From: Trichoplax adhaerens | Taxonomy: Eukaryota; Animalia; Placozoa | Length of the DNA stretch: 64,000 nucleotides | Assembly: GCF_000150275.1 (NCBI RefSeq) | Contig: NW_002060949.1 | Location: 3,912,449 to 3,976,448, forward strand | Direction of reading: 5' to 3' | Part shown: one piece after another, positions 1 to 12,500 of the stretch | How the letters are laid out: each line of letters opens with the position of its first letter | Numbering within the stretch: the first letter of the stretch is position 1 | Translations under genes and position numbers: made by a program | The notes under the pieces: model-generated | What the model saw: the letters and a program-made list of their open reading frames with translations, nothing else | Told to the model about the DNA's origin: nothing | Databases searched by the model: none

Positions 1-90
1 TATTAACCATTTTCCTTATGGCTAATTCAAATACTCAACTCTCCGTAATACTATTTATATCGCAATCCGCTTCATTTGCTATTAATGTAG

Positions 91-903
91 CGTTAAATTT
101 TGCTGGACTATATGGATTAGCGAAAATTTATACAAAATTGAATCCCCAGGTAACTACTACTTTTGAGACAATATCTTCTTTCTAGCCAATACTTAGACGG
201 ATTATCAATAAAACTAATATTTACAGTAAAGCTTTAGTACCAAGACAAATGTCTTGCATCTTAGTCTAAATTGACTGCAACATGTAATCTACATTTTAAA
301 ATACTGTATGGAGATGTATAATTAATTTATCGTCAAAATTATTTTATAGAAAAACAACACTCAGAGGGCGATTGCACCAGCTACTGCTGATGAAGATATA
401 CAACTTTTAACGCAAAATCCTCATCTTAATCAGATAATCGAGTACGGAACCCAACAAGGTTTCGACAACGATAATACAGTTAGTGATGCTGAGAAACTTC
501 GATTCAACCGTATCGAAGAGATAATGGCAGAGTACAAGCCGTAGTTTCCATAACCCGTGAAACTAATATTATTCATCATCATCATCGATATGAAGGAAAT
601 GCTACTAGACCCGATGTTCCACGTAGCAGAAATACACTACCCCGAATTACTCATTCTACCGTTGACGCTACCGCACCGGAATTACCTTCTGAAGAGGAGC
701 ATTACGGAACAAATTATGCCATCGAAAGGCACGATCCACAATCATCGGATATATCAAGGGAACCTTTACAAAAACCCGTTCTACCAAATATTACGCAACA
801 GGCACATGCATTGAATGCACCCTCTGATAATGTAAATAAGAACGAGGACGGAGTTGGACTACCGTCATATAATGAAATATTTTCATCTCAAGAGAAACAG
901 TGA
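91..903 (+). CDS. 3' exons of an unidentified gene entering from upstream of the window; probable membrane protein with a disordered tail ending in an LPSY (PY-type) motif; apparent frameshift in the last exon
   Basis: Exon 91-149 (tag|...LNFAGLYGLAKIYTKLNPQ|gtaact) joins in phase 0 to an exon starting at 350 (KNNTQRAIAPATADEDIQLL...). That frame stops at TAG 542-544. The -1 frame is open from 493 to TGA 901-903 (...GVGLPSYNEIFSSQEKQ*). Confidence 0.5.
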
Positions 904-2797
904 TCAAGGGATGCCGTAGTAGTTGTTCTTGACAATACCGTAACTTAATAAATTATTTTCAAGTATATAATAAACATTTCTTCATCTTAAGACGAAAACG
1001 TTCAAAGATTATGCCATTTTATTATGAAAAATACTGCTTGCTACCTTAAATGACGGGAATCCGTTACTTCAATTGATGATTATTGAGGACATTGCATTCC
1101 AAATTAATTTAGAACAGCATTCTAATTTCAGTATTTTGTGCAAGCGAAGCTTACCTAACAATTTAAATCTTATTTATGTCTAAAATATATTTATTTCTAA
1201 TAAATAGGATAAAATATCAAGCTATTGCAGATACGTATATTGATATGGATTGTTTAACAAATGACGTTAGATCACCAAATTTAATGGAATGATTACGTAT
1301 CTCCGATTCATATAAATTAACTTTGTACACCTGTCCGCATATATTGTTGACATTAGTTGTATAGTGCTTGCATTATTGTCAAAATCGGACATCACGTTCG
1401 AATTACGGCAGTCAACACTTGACCTTTAAAGAATCCCTGTTTAATTTTGCTTTATTTATGGCGTAGAAACCTTTATTGAAAATTCTTAACATCACCAACT
1501 TAGCAATTGCTTAAATGATGCATAAGAGGACACCCTTGAGGTGGTGCTAAATTTAGCGATATACGAAATATTACAGTGATTGCTATTTAATCGAGGTAAT
1601 CATTGCATCATAAATGATACCAGTAGAATAGAATTGGCTCAGTGCTGATATCATAGTGGTTTGCAATATCATAAAACATAGTTGTTACAGGTAATACAAA
1701 TGAAATGAAATCACAGTGCAAACAAGACCGAGGTAAACAGTTATTAATTAACGAATAATGTCTTTACTACACCGTGACCAATGTTACACCCTGTCGAATA
1801 TTTTAACTTGCATGCAGTTCTGCACGGGCTTTCTGCTATCATTTACAACTCTCTAGTTCGTAAAACAACTTTTAGCTTTTGTCCTATTTATCAATATACA
1901 TATTCATATATGAATATATTGGACGCTAAGCAACATCAGCCAGTTGAGATTCTCTTCATATCATACTACAGCACAATGTTATTTTGTTGCGTATTTGATT
2001 GTACTGCAGTAAAATCTAAAACAAGAACTAATTCTTTAGCATCAGCAAAGTTCAAGCCTATTATCATCTTTCTATATTTACGTGTAAATATAGCGCTTCA
2101 TATAGGAGAATCGAAAAAGGGTCCACGAAATTAAATTTCATTTGTAAATTCATGATATACAAAATTGATTCACAAAGTGTATATACTGTAGCCATCCTTA
2201 TACATCTAATGAATTTACAAGTGGTTTTAAATTATGATTATCATCTGTAAATTAATTATTTTACTATTCATTACATTTTCCAAGCACGTATATACAGTAT
2301 ATTTTTTCCATTAGGAAATTTTAAGACTACTTGATATACTGACTATTATTGATTATTACTCATTTTAACAATAGCTCAGTGTACCGTTTCATTTCGAAGA
2401 AACAAATATATGATAAGCTCAGTTTACAGTAACATATGATATAATTAAATATGTGGTACCGACCCAAATCGTACATTATCATTTATGGTGCAGTTTGATA
2501 GGTCGTAGCTATACAGGTATGATACATTAAAGAATAGTATTCTACTAAACTCTTTAGGGAAACATTTTCTTCCTTCAGCTGGTCAGTCAGCTTATGGAGC
2601 TAGATTAAGATTAAAAGGGAATAAGAATTTTTTTGCCATGAAGGCTCAATAGATTAACGCAGTACAATAATAAAATTCTGAATATTTTAGTAAGGTAGAC
2701 TGCAAAGTCAGAAAGTCTACTACGATTACAGCTTTCTCGTTTATACGTATAGTATGCTTATATGTATTATATAGAATATCTACAAAGAAAATTTTTA

Positions 2798-4021
2798 CCT
2801 CTTCATTTTCCTCTAAGGTTTTGGATAGGGCTGTCTTCGTTTCCTGAGCAACAGTCTGCCAGTATGAGTCCGGTACTTTATCTAATTCATTATTTAATAA
2901 ATAAGGAAATATACACACTTGTATGTAGATTAATAGAGGTTAAAGAAAAACTTAGCGCCATACAGCGCATCCTACAGTATACCAATCCTTTAATTTGTCT
3001 TATTAATGAATAACGATATTGAACCAACCAGAGCATAGCATGTTCTCAACGTTCTCGATAGTAGCTGGTACTGTCATCTAGTGAAGGAGATAAAATGCAT
3101 CATTTCAAAGCTGCACAGGAAATACCAGATCAGTACTTTCCTAGCTAGCGCAGTGGATTAGTAAACTACGACTATTTCTACTATAATTTATACGATATCT
3201 TGTAAAAATATGCAGTAGACGATGGAGCAGGGGTCGCAATGCAAACTATAAATCCTGATGAGTAAATTCTACAGTATCGGCAAACGTTATACTATAATAC
3301 ACACTGCAACAGACTTTTGGAGTATAAAGCGTAGGTAGAAGTTTGTACGATGGAGGTTTATTCCTTCAAAAGTAATTTAGGCGCAAAATTTCATTTCTTT
3401 TGAGATACAGCATGTTGATAATTAAAATTTAGCGAATTCAGGAAACAGGCTTGGAATAACGTTACAATTTGTTTGTATCGGGCAACTGTTTGCTAGATAG
3501 CTACAGCAGACACTCTTCGCCATAGTTGACGAATCAACAAAAAGTTACGATGAGTAAGTGTTTGAGGTGATAGTTTCTACAATACATGTTCCTTCTTTAA
3601 TGATACAGTACCAATTATAATTTTCTGTTCGCGATAAATCACGCCTGCGAGGGTGGCAGACAAATATCATCACAAGTGTCTACCATTTGTATCCTACTGT
3701 ACATACTATAGAATTTTCTTGACTATTTTCACGATCACTTGTAGTCAACAGATCGACAGTAATATTCAACTCCTACAGTTTTTATCGACTTTTTATCCTA
3801 TTTTCGTCCTGTTGATAAACTACCACAGATCGTACTGGAATAAGTAACAATTGGATACTTTGGTCGTTGTTATTAGGCAAGATTTCTACCTACCTGTTTA
3901 TCATGTTTTGCTCGACGAGCACCACCAGAAATTTTGTTCTTTTTAGGAGGGTGGCTTGCTTTCCTTTTACGTGATATTTGATAATTATCACAGTTGAGTA
4001 ATGGCAAAGGTTGTAAGACAT
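2798..4021 (-). pseudogene. Possible decayed multi-exon gene, with a cyclic-nucleotide-binding-domain-like fragment
   Basis: Exon-like blocks with GT donors (...KHDKQ|gtaggt near 3893; ...KTLEENEE|gtaaaa near 2798). Near 3580-3650, AGVIYREQ and NWYCIIKEGTCIV lie in adjacent frames, resembling the cNMP-domain pattern I.r.G.....yiI..G.v.V. Stops and frameshifts are present. Confidence 0.25.
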
Positions 4022-4533
4022 CTCTCTTTCTTCTATTATGAACCTATTGATAGTTTAAGAACATGGAAAATTTTAAAGCGAATGGAAGAGCACCGAAGCA
4101 TGTGCTGGCAGCAGGGCAAGCGTGCTGCATGCCTATTTAGCTTTTACCTTGGTACTCAATATTACTATCAATAGCTTATGAAGATCATACCTCCATTCTA
4201 TTCCTAATGTCAAGATTTTTGTTGTTATTTGCCGTAGAAAACCACAAGATGATAAGGCGTTTCAAGATTATTCAAACTCTATCAAAGATTTTCAATCTAC
4301 TACTTCTAAATGGAGCCAATCTGAACAATTTCAAATCTCGCGCCTGTTTTATACCTGGTGGACGAGCCTTGTCCTACTGTCTTGTACTGTAGTCAGACTG
4401 ATTCACTGTTACCGTATGAAAATTAATACTGTACTGTATTAGCAAGATTTAGTACTGTATCTATATTGGTACTGGATCAGGGGCTACTAGGACGAAAGAG
4501 ACTGACCGGATATTGCACTGGACGTACGGACGG

Positions 4534-5805
4534 ATGCAAGCTATAGAACTACAGTAAAAAGTCTGTTGTGAAGACTATAGAAGTAAAAGAAAAAGGTAAA
4601 TTTGAAAATAATTATTCATCTTTAATTCTAACAAATGAGATACTGTACGCTTTTCTTTCTATTCATCAGGCTGTACAGCGTTAGAATACGATTCGAATGA
4701 TGTAAGTTTGATTTATGTTGGTTGGTGAACTGAGAAGATACTAAGGTTGAGTATAATACTACCATGGTGTGCAATGTAGGAATAGACTAACGCGCATTAC
4801 TGTTTGAGTAGCAATATTTTTTTACTATAGATATCAAGCTCCGTTCATGGCGATGCTGTAATCAATGAAGGAATTCGAAAAAATTCCCGATTATCCGTAA
4901 ACTTAACATAAAATTCAATAAACGTCCTGATATAAACTGCCTATGATGCAGCACTACAGTAAGCTCAGGCACGTTTAAAAGAAAATTTAGAGTGCAATAG
5001 TGCAAAACACTACGCATCTACAGCGATTAAAGAAAAATACTTTGACCTCTCAACTCTCTTGATGCAAATGGCTGTGATCTTGGTTACTGTACTATCTGAC
5101 ATTGCCCCCCCCCCAATTTTTGTACGTATTTTACTAGTCCAATAGCCCATGATTAATGTTAACGCTTTATTGATGTATGCTTCTATGAAATCTATCTGAT
5201 AACAAGAACTAAAGTCATGATTGATTGTTATTAAATCATAATTTTCGCTATTTTGCAGAAAGTAATTGGTTGTTGTCTACCACTCTGAGATACTATCCCA
5301 ATATTTTAATCCGTGTACTGTATATTATTGTATTGCAATAAAAAGAATAGAGTACAATATTTTATTTATTTATATTGCCAAAAGGGCCTATGCACTGTAC
5401 ACTAGACCCAACTATCTAGGTCTGCTCAGGTTACAATATCAAGACAGCAGGATGTATTATTGATATGTCTTCACGAGTTCTCATTCTTTCATGTCATTAC
5501 ATTACGGTAGGCCGTTGATCAAATATCTACTGTCATTCACGATATTATCACACAGCAATCTTGAAAGTCATCGATGTGTTAAAAATGAGCAAAATGTTGA
5601 CTTATTTGGCTATGCAGTCTAGAAATTCCTTACATATTGTATGACATCTATTTGAACTTTGCACTGTGTTTTCAGAAAGTTCTCCTTGTTTATTGAAATT
5701 ATTTCAGTATGGCATAAAGAGTACTGGGATTGCATTGATCTTTCTGCTGTCAGTCAGTATCCAGCTGCGACTTGATACTGTCGATTCCTGTAGACTAAAT
5801 TTTGG
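4534..5805 (+). pseudogene. Possible decayed ankyrin-repeat gene
   Basis: Phase-compatible exons read KSVVKTIEVKEK|GCTALEYDSND|ISSSVHGDAV..., followed by in-frame TAA stops. Later fragments TAYDAAL / AIKEKYFDLSTLL / LDANGCDL (frameshifted) and IKTAGCIID resemble ankyrin repeats. Confidence 0.3.
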
Positions 5806-6835
5806 TAATCTTAAAAGGTCGACAACTAAATCTGATTGTTTTCTTGTTGTTACTGTTGCAACAAATGTTCCTATAAATTACAGTAATTATCAATTTTATG
5901 CAAGCTTAGTTAATTAATATTATTAGTCATGGAGGTTGTTCTTACCTCTATGGAATGAGGTATTGAAGTGACTTGTTGTGCAAAATAGCCCTTATAAATT
6001 GCAATTACATAGCATACGTATGCCATACAATCTATACCAGCAAGCGGTAGCAATTAGGGGAATTGATGGATTTTGACCATAAATTTTGAAATACTACAAG
6101 TGTTTGGTAGATGGTTACACCAAGGCTTGTATAGTGGGTTCTAGCTTCTACATTATTATATTTTTTTATGATACGTACTAGAGGGGAATAAATGCAAACC
6201 AACACATTCAACATAAGGTCGCAGGCGAAAGGCTTGGCGTTAGAGTATTGCATTTTATAATTGCAAATGACATATTACAAATTTTATCAATAATATCATT
6301 AATACGCGTATTCTAATTATTGGCAAGTATTTGTATAAAACGCATGCCACTAATATGGTTAAAATCCTGTTATGCTATAAAACATACAATGCGTGCGGTA
6401 TATAAAATATCTAGCGACTGAATTAGCACATCAGTATTACTTTATAACATGGACTTCTAGTCTATGCTTTATGACAGCTCTAACCAAGTAGAATAGTTCA
6501 CAACTGCCTGTTGAACTTGAGTTCGTAAATCCGTAACCCATAAGTTATATTTCTTTGGCTAAATAATATGATAAGGATATCAATATTTTACTGCTTAAAT
6601 ATCGTATTTATAGGATTAAATGTTTGAATGCTATACCAAAATGACCTCTTATCAATTATACAACTTAATTTTACAACATATTCGCACAATTTCACCAACA
6701 ATGATAACATTACTAATATTGTATTGCAGATATAATAGAATGTCATCATTTTAACTGGAAATGCATCTAAAATCATCAATTGTAGTCGACGGTAAATTAT
6801 AAATTTAGATAGACACCATAAATAGACACTAAAGA

Positions 6836-9084
6836 TTATAATTTTGGTTGAAAACTCATCCAGTCATCCCGAATCGTCGCTGTCATATAAAATACATCTT
6901 GTTGGTGATGTTTTATTAGAAATTGTAAAGTATTATCTTCACTGTCCTGCCATGTGAAAACGTCCAATATTTGATGCTCCAACGATTCAGCGTAATAATT
7001 TGATTGCAAATCAGTTAAGCATGACGGATTAAAGTCATGACCAAAATCGGTATGATATGCTTTTAGTTGATTTCTAACTACATGGCTTGCAGCGTTAAGG
7101 GAATTGCAAAGGTATACCGTCTGATTTGTATGAAAATTCTCATCAATATCATCAAATCTTGATTCAAATCGATACTTGCAAGCTTTACTGGGGATTTCTG
7201 CTGGAATATTCATCTATAAAAGAAAAATTGATCATGAAATAGATTGCAAGAATAGTCGGCTACATAACGATTCGTTACTACTAATTTACCTTAATAAATT
7301 AAATTACATTAAATACAGTAGAGTAGCGTTAAGTTGTTATACCTACGGTATATTAATACTATATTGGCAATAAATGCTTTGGTCATATTACTTTTAGTCA
7401 ATCAAAATAACAAATGCATGAGACGACTACCTGGAAAATTTTCTTACCTTGCGTAGATCTACTTTATTAAATAAATTTCTATATCTCTTTTTATGCCAAG
7501 GAGGTAATACTTTAAGCTTGCCATCAAACATACAGACAATTTTGGTAAAGACATTGAGCAAACAGTGAGACCGATGATATACGTTCTGATTGAACGTAAA
7601 AGACGTATTACCGAAGGCTGCCACTTTCACTTCATGTTGTAAGACTGCGTTCGGAGGTATAGCGAAAAAGTGTTTGTGGACATGAAGGTTCTGTCTAACG
7701 GTGAGATACCTGGCACCTTTTGATACTTGTGTCAACGATGCTAAATCTTCATAATGAAGCATGGAAGTATTAATGTCTCCAATCATTCTCATGAATGCAT
7801 TTAAATGCGGATTGCCAAATCGATCCCTGTATAAAGAACAGTGAGAGGTTGGTACAACGCGACAGTTATCTTCATAATATATTATCGGGACAGAACCAAA
7901 GGGTACAATAGCGGCATTCACTTTTGAGTTTAATTTGATGGATGCTCGACATATGTGGTTCGACGATTGAGTCAGTAAAAAATTGAGGGTATTATTATCT
8001 TCTCTATCTCTAGTCTGCCAGATATATACCTTGATATCTCCATAAGAAGCAACATTCATAAGATGAAGTTGTACGTGTTCTATCCGAAGGAGATCATACA
8101 GATCATTAATATCTTTCAGTTTTTTATCATTCATGGCATGACAAGCAGCGTGTTGGCAGAAAATCAGTAAGTTGTTCAATCTTATTGACTGATTAGCGTC
8201 CAGATCACTGGGGCGAATCGTAATTGAGTAAGAATAATTGTGCTGTTTATTATGTATGTGCCGGTATTCCTGACCATGGACAGTCTATAGGAGCAAAAAG
8301 AGATGATTTTTATTACAAACATCAACAGGACGCTAGAATTCCACCTACTACAGTATGACAAAGCCAAGAGTCAGTGTTTAACAGGTGGACAGTTTGAGAT
8401 CGTAGAACTGCATGCAAAAGATGGTAGATCCTCCCATAACATAAAACTCTACTTTTAGTAATACTACTCCTACTCCACGCAAAATCATATTCTATCCAGG
8501 TAAATTATGATAGATGCATCAATATCACTTTTCAGATAGACTGTGTGATAGGATTACGTTGGTACGGTTTAGTAAAGTAGCTATGAGTATCCACTTTACA
8601 ATTTTTTTCACCAAGCTAACCTACGTGAATGCGTTGCATTAAAGGTAAATGACATAAAATAGCATCCACCTACCTCGTTTGTTAATAAAAATTTTTCAAC
8701 CGGCGACATGGGTACCTTAATCATCTTGATGAAGCATATTTGCTCATCTTGTTTGCGTTTATTCGACGGCCATATTCTACAGGTGAAGTATCTTGATGCG
8801 ATTTTTTCACTTTCCAATTTAATCAATACATCATACGAACTACCAAACTGGCAGCGATTAAATGATGGCGATAATGTTATGTCAGTACTTGAAAGAATCC
8901 ATCGTTGATTGTACAACTCGCTATCATCGACGTTACTTTCATTATGGCAATTAAATCGATCAAAATGTTGTTCAATTTGACTATCGATAAAAGCTAACAC
9001 ATTATCCACTCGCAGAGTACCACATCGATTGACAGCATATCCAAGATTCGTTATGGACTTTAATTCAACTTGAACTTGCATCAT
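6836..9084 (-). CDS. Tandem acyl-ACP/acyl-CoA thioesterase-like protein (two double-hotdog units, about 557 aa), 4 exons
   Basis: Exons 9084-8674, 8430-8383, 8284-7448 and 7213-6836 all join in phase 0 with GT-AG. Motifs: ITIRPSDLDAN (unit 1), FGNTSFTFNQ...KIVC...LPPW (hotdog strands), SRFDDIDENFHTNQTVYL (D-x-N-x-H-x-N thioesterase motif) and V(Y/F)xWQ..DNTLxFL in both units. C-terminus is ...QPKL. Confidence 0.8.
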
Positions 9085-9427
9085 GGAAAATCACAATCCT
9101 TCCTAATGGCAGGATATCAACTCTCAGCTAGACGACTTGTACACTTTTACACAACAGCAACAGTAAAATCCAAGCTTCAACAAAAAAATCTCAACCCACT
9201 GCCGATCACAATCCTATAGCATGGACCTAGCAACGTCTACAATAGGTTCCAGTTCTACTTATCAATAATCGACGAGCCAATTAGATATTTATTGGCAATT
9301 GATTGAATTCCTCTACAGCTTTCTTCTACACGTATCCAATGGGAAAAAGTATCGCCAAGATTAGCCTGTACCCAGGAAAAGGCAAATTTATAGCATTCTC
9401 CGCTTAATTATAATAATAACTGGAGAT

Positions 9428-9585
9428 GTGTTGGGGCATACCATAGGGGTAACGGAATCACGTCGATTCGCGATACGACACACCCCTAGGTGACGATGCA
9501 GCTGGTTGCACTTATATGGGATAGACTCCCCGCCTATGCCCGAAATGGGCGCTGTATAATAGTTTGTATGTGATAGTTTTTTTTT
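9428..9585 (+). ncRNA. Candidate structured, 5S-rRNA-like / Pol III-type RNA or 5S-derived element
   Basis: GC-rich island with several stems (TAGGGGT/ACCCCTA, GTCG/CGAC, TGCAG/TTGCA, GCCC/GGGC, GGGCATA/TATGCCC). Three blocks resemble animal 5S rRNA in the correct order. A T9 run lies at 9577-9585. Confidence 0.35.
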
Positions 9586-12500
9586 ACCGTAAACTATGTT
9601 ATATTATTCCGTCTATGGATGGGGATGATCGAATTTTGTAGACAATATTTGATTGTCATCGAGAGAGACAACAAGATTGATTTACAATTGGGAGTAAATA
9701 ACGAGATTGACAGAGCCAACAGGAACTAATCAAGTGCAACAACGGAGAGAAATAAGCGATACCACCAACTGATTATAGGAGAGTTAGTTCTAGCTATGGT
9801 TGAGCAATCTGACTGGGTAGGAATAGCGAGCATGTTTGCTATTGCTTATTTACAGACTTTAGCTAGCATACTACACTACAATCACGTTTACACTTTAGAA
9901 ATGAACGATTCTGGTAGGATTTTTTTGATCCTATCGAAATACTCGTAGGTTGGCTATACCATTGCACAATTTGCTAAATAATTCAATTCAATATCATCAT
10001 ACTTGGATTACTATCGCATCGATATCTTATATACTGTAGGTTTGATCGAAGCTGGTCATCAATAGATCAGTCTATTCGTGTAATAGTATAGTGCGCAATG
10101 ATATGCTTATTTTGCATTCGGTTTACCATCAAGCTATTGATATCCTCAACTGAAGTAGGTATGATGTAGTGGCCGATGTACAGCAGGATTTATATCACTT
10201 GTCTGGGATTTTCCTTTTCAGATTTGAAACCAAAATTAGTGCCGGAATCTTTCATACAAAGCAATAAAGTAATTATGGGCTTTAAACACTAGAGTCATAA
10301 ATTTGAATTCTAGCTGTGATTGGATTTTTTTAATCGGCCGTTCTCATCACTTCTTACTGTGATGTCTACGGGGCTTCACTGCTATTTATTTATAAATGAT
10401 CTATATCAACAACAAATAATTATTTATATTATACAGTACAGTATGTGCTAGTGGAGACCTCCCATCTTTGCTCAGAAGTAATACCCATCTCACTATTGAC
10501 GATGATGTTCTAACAGGGTCATGGCATACATAAAACGTTAGAAACGCAAGATCAAGTAGGTTTGACAGCTAAATCTACTGTTTTAACCAATGTCTTGTAC
10601 CAAAACAACGGAATGATCTTACGAGATATGCGATCATCGGTTGCATATCAGTCAAGTTCGATAGCTGATCTATCCTATCGTACTATGCATACTGAAGTTG
10701 CTCGGAAAATTGAACTGTGTTACTATCTTTACAGAACAATCTCAAATTAATCTCGATGAGCATTAAACCAAATTGTTCGTAGTTAAACTTGGAAAATAAT
10801 AATGACAATTTTAATTATCAAACTTGATTGTAAAATATTACTATTGGCAAGGATATTCCTTTGATAAACATACGTATGCGGATTAATCATGATAAATCTT
10901 GTACCAACCTAGCTTGAATACGAAACCTTGTATTGGCTAGGATATGCCAACGATATATACGCGTATGCTTAAATTACGTGCTATAAATCCTATAGGTACC
11001 GACTAACTTTCATCACTATGCCTGCTTCTTGGCTCGTTGATTCATCCTGCTCATGGGAATGCATAAATCGAATTCTAATGAATGATTGCTACCATCAGGT
11101 TATACAAGTAAATATTTATATGGCTTAATAGATTGCAGCTGCGATAGTGACTTGCAGCTAATATTTCAATCTATACTTATTCAGTACTAGTGCTTCAGTA
11201 TGAGGTATATCGGCACTGTTTACTGCTATATTTCATAACCATCCAAGAAAACTATTTGCAAATTTATAACGAGATTCCTGAGTTGTTGATGATAAATTCC
11301 AAAGATTAAATTGGAATAGAAATACTTCAACGTGTACGTACTGTTTACCGAAATTGTTTAAGGTAGTTGCAGTTTGGTAACATCTGCCGATAAATATTGT
11401 TCAAACATTATTTTTTTCTGTGTTGCTACATTTTTTTGGAAACATATCCTAAACTAAATACTTCTTTTCTATACGCTTACATTCAAAAATATGAGTAAGT
11501 ATATGATATTTTTAAACATTTTGGAACATTGTTGCCAATGGCAGTATTTATCGTAGTTTACTAATAAGTTAATCGGCAACAATACCGTAGAATTTCAGCT
11601 TCTATTCAAATTCCTATTATGCTTTTAATTAATTACTGGAATAAGGTAATTCCTGTCTATAATTTTATTATAGTTGAAATCATCTAGGAAATTAAATTTT
11701 TCCCTTCTATAGCTTTTATATTCAGGTACTAATAACGTCCTCCTAATAACTGAATGTCTAAAAATATTAATCAAAAGTGAAAAAAAATTCTTATAATCAA
11801 GTCATATTAATACGATTTAATATTTTCATCATAATTATTAACTCTGCTTACCGAAAATAATCTATTAATCAAAACAAGCAGCTTCCAACTTATTTGCAAA
11901 AATAATAAATTTGAACTATAAATCAAGATTAGTTTGTATTTATTAAATGGATTAAATTTGATATCGTCTAGAAGCCGTAGGAGATGAGTTTTTAATTTAA
12001 AATTTTTAACAATATATTTCAATCTCTAACAATAAATCAGCTTTCTATTTTCACAGATAGTAATACAGCGAAGATAACACTTCATCTAATTGCTTTTCCT
12101 ATGTCATTATTAACATTATCTATTGTAAATGATAATTTAGATGCTACCGATTTGAGTGTTCAGTTTAGTTCGTTTAAGCTTCGTTTATGGGTATTAACAA
12201 TGGCAAATTAATACTGTATTTTATAGGAATTAATTAAAGGTAATTACAATATCTATGTGAGCTAAATAAAATCGCATAATACTATTGTAGTTGCTATAAG
12301 CCTTTCATAGATATTATTGTTATTTGTTACGCAAGATGGTAAATATGAAATCAAAATACGATAATGCATTTACAATTTACTCGTATAATTGTTGGGCTGC
12401 ATTTGTAAAATTAAGGTAGAAGCTATTAATCTGCAGTATTTTGGTCTACTAATGACCAACTAAATAATAACGTAGTCCCTTTTTACCAGAATTAGTGACA

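Noticed and set aside
1781-2134. 117-aa ORF and other 60-105 aa ORFs in AT-rich intergenic DNA or antisense to real exons
   Set aside because: No domain motifs or splice support; the composition is typical of chance ORFs.
4350-4510. Hammerhead ribozyme (GGACGAAA)
   Set aside because: The CUGAUGA core is absent. The CTGATGAG at about 3255 lacks a matching GAAA.
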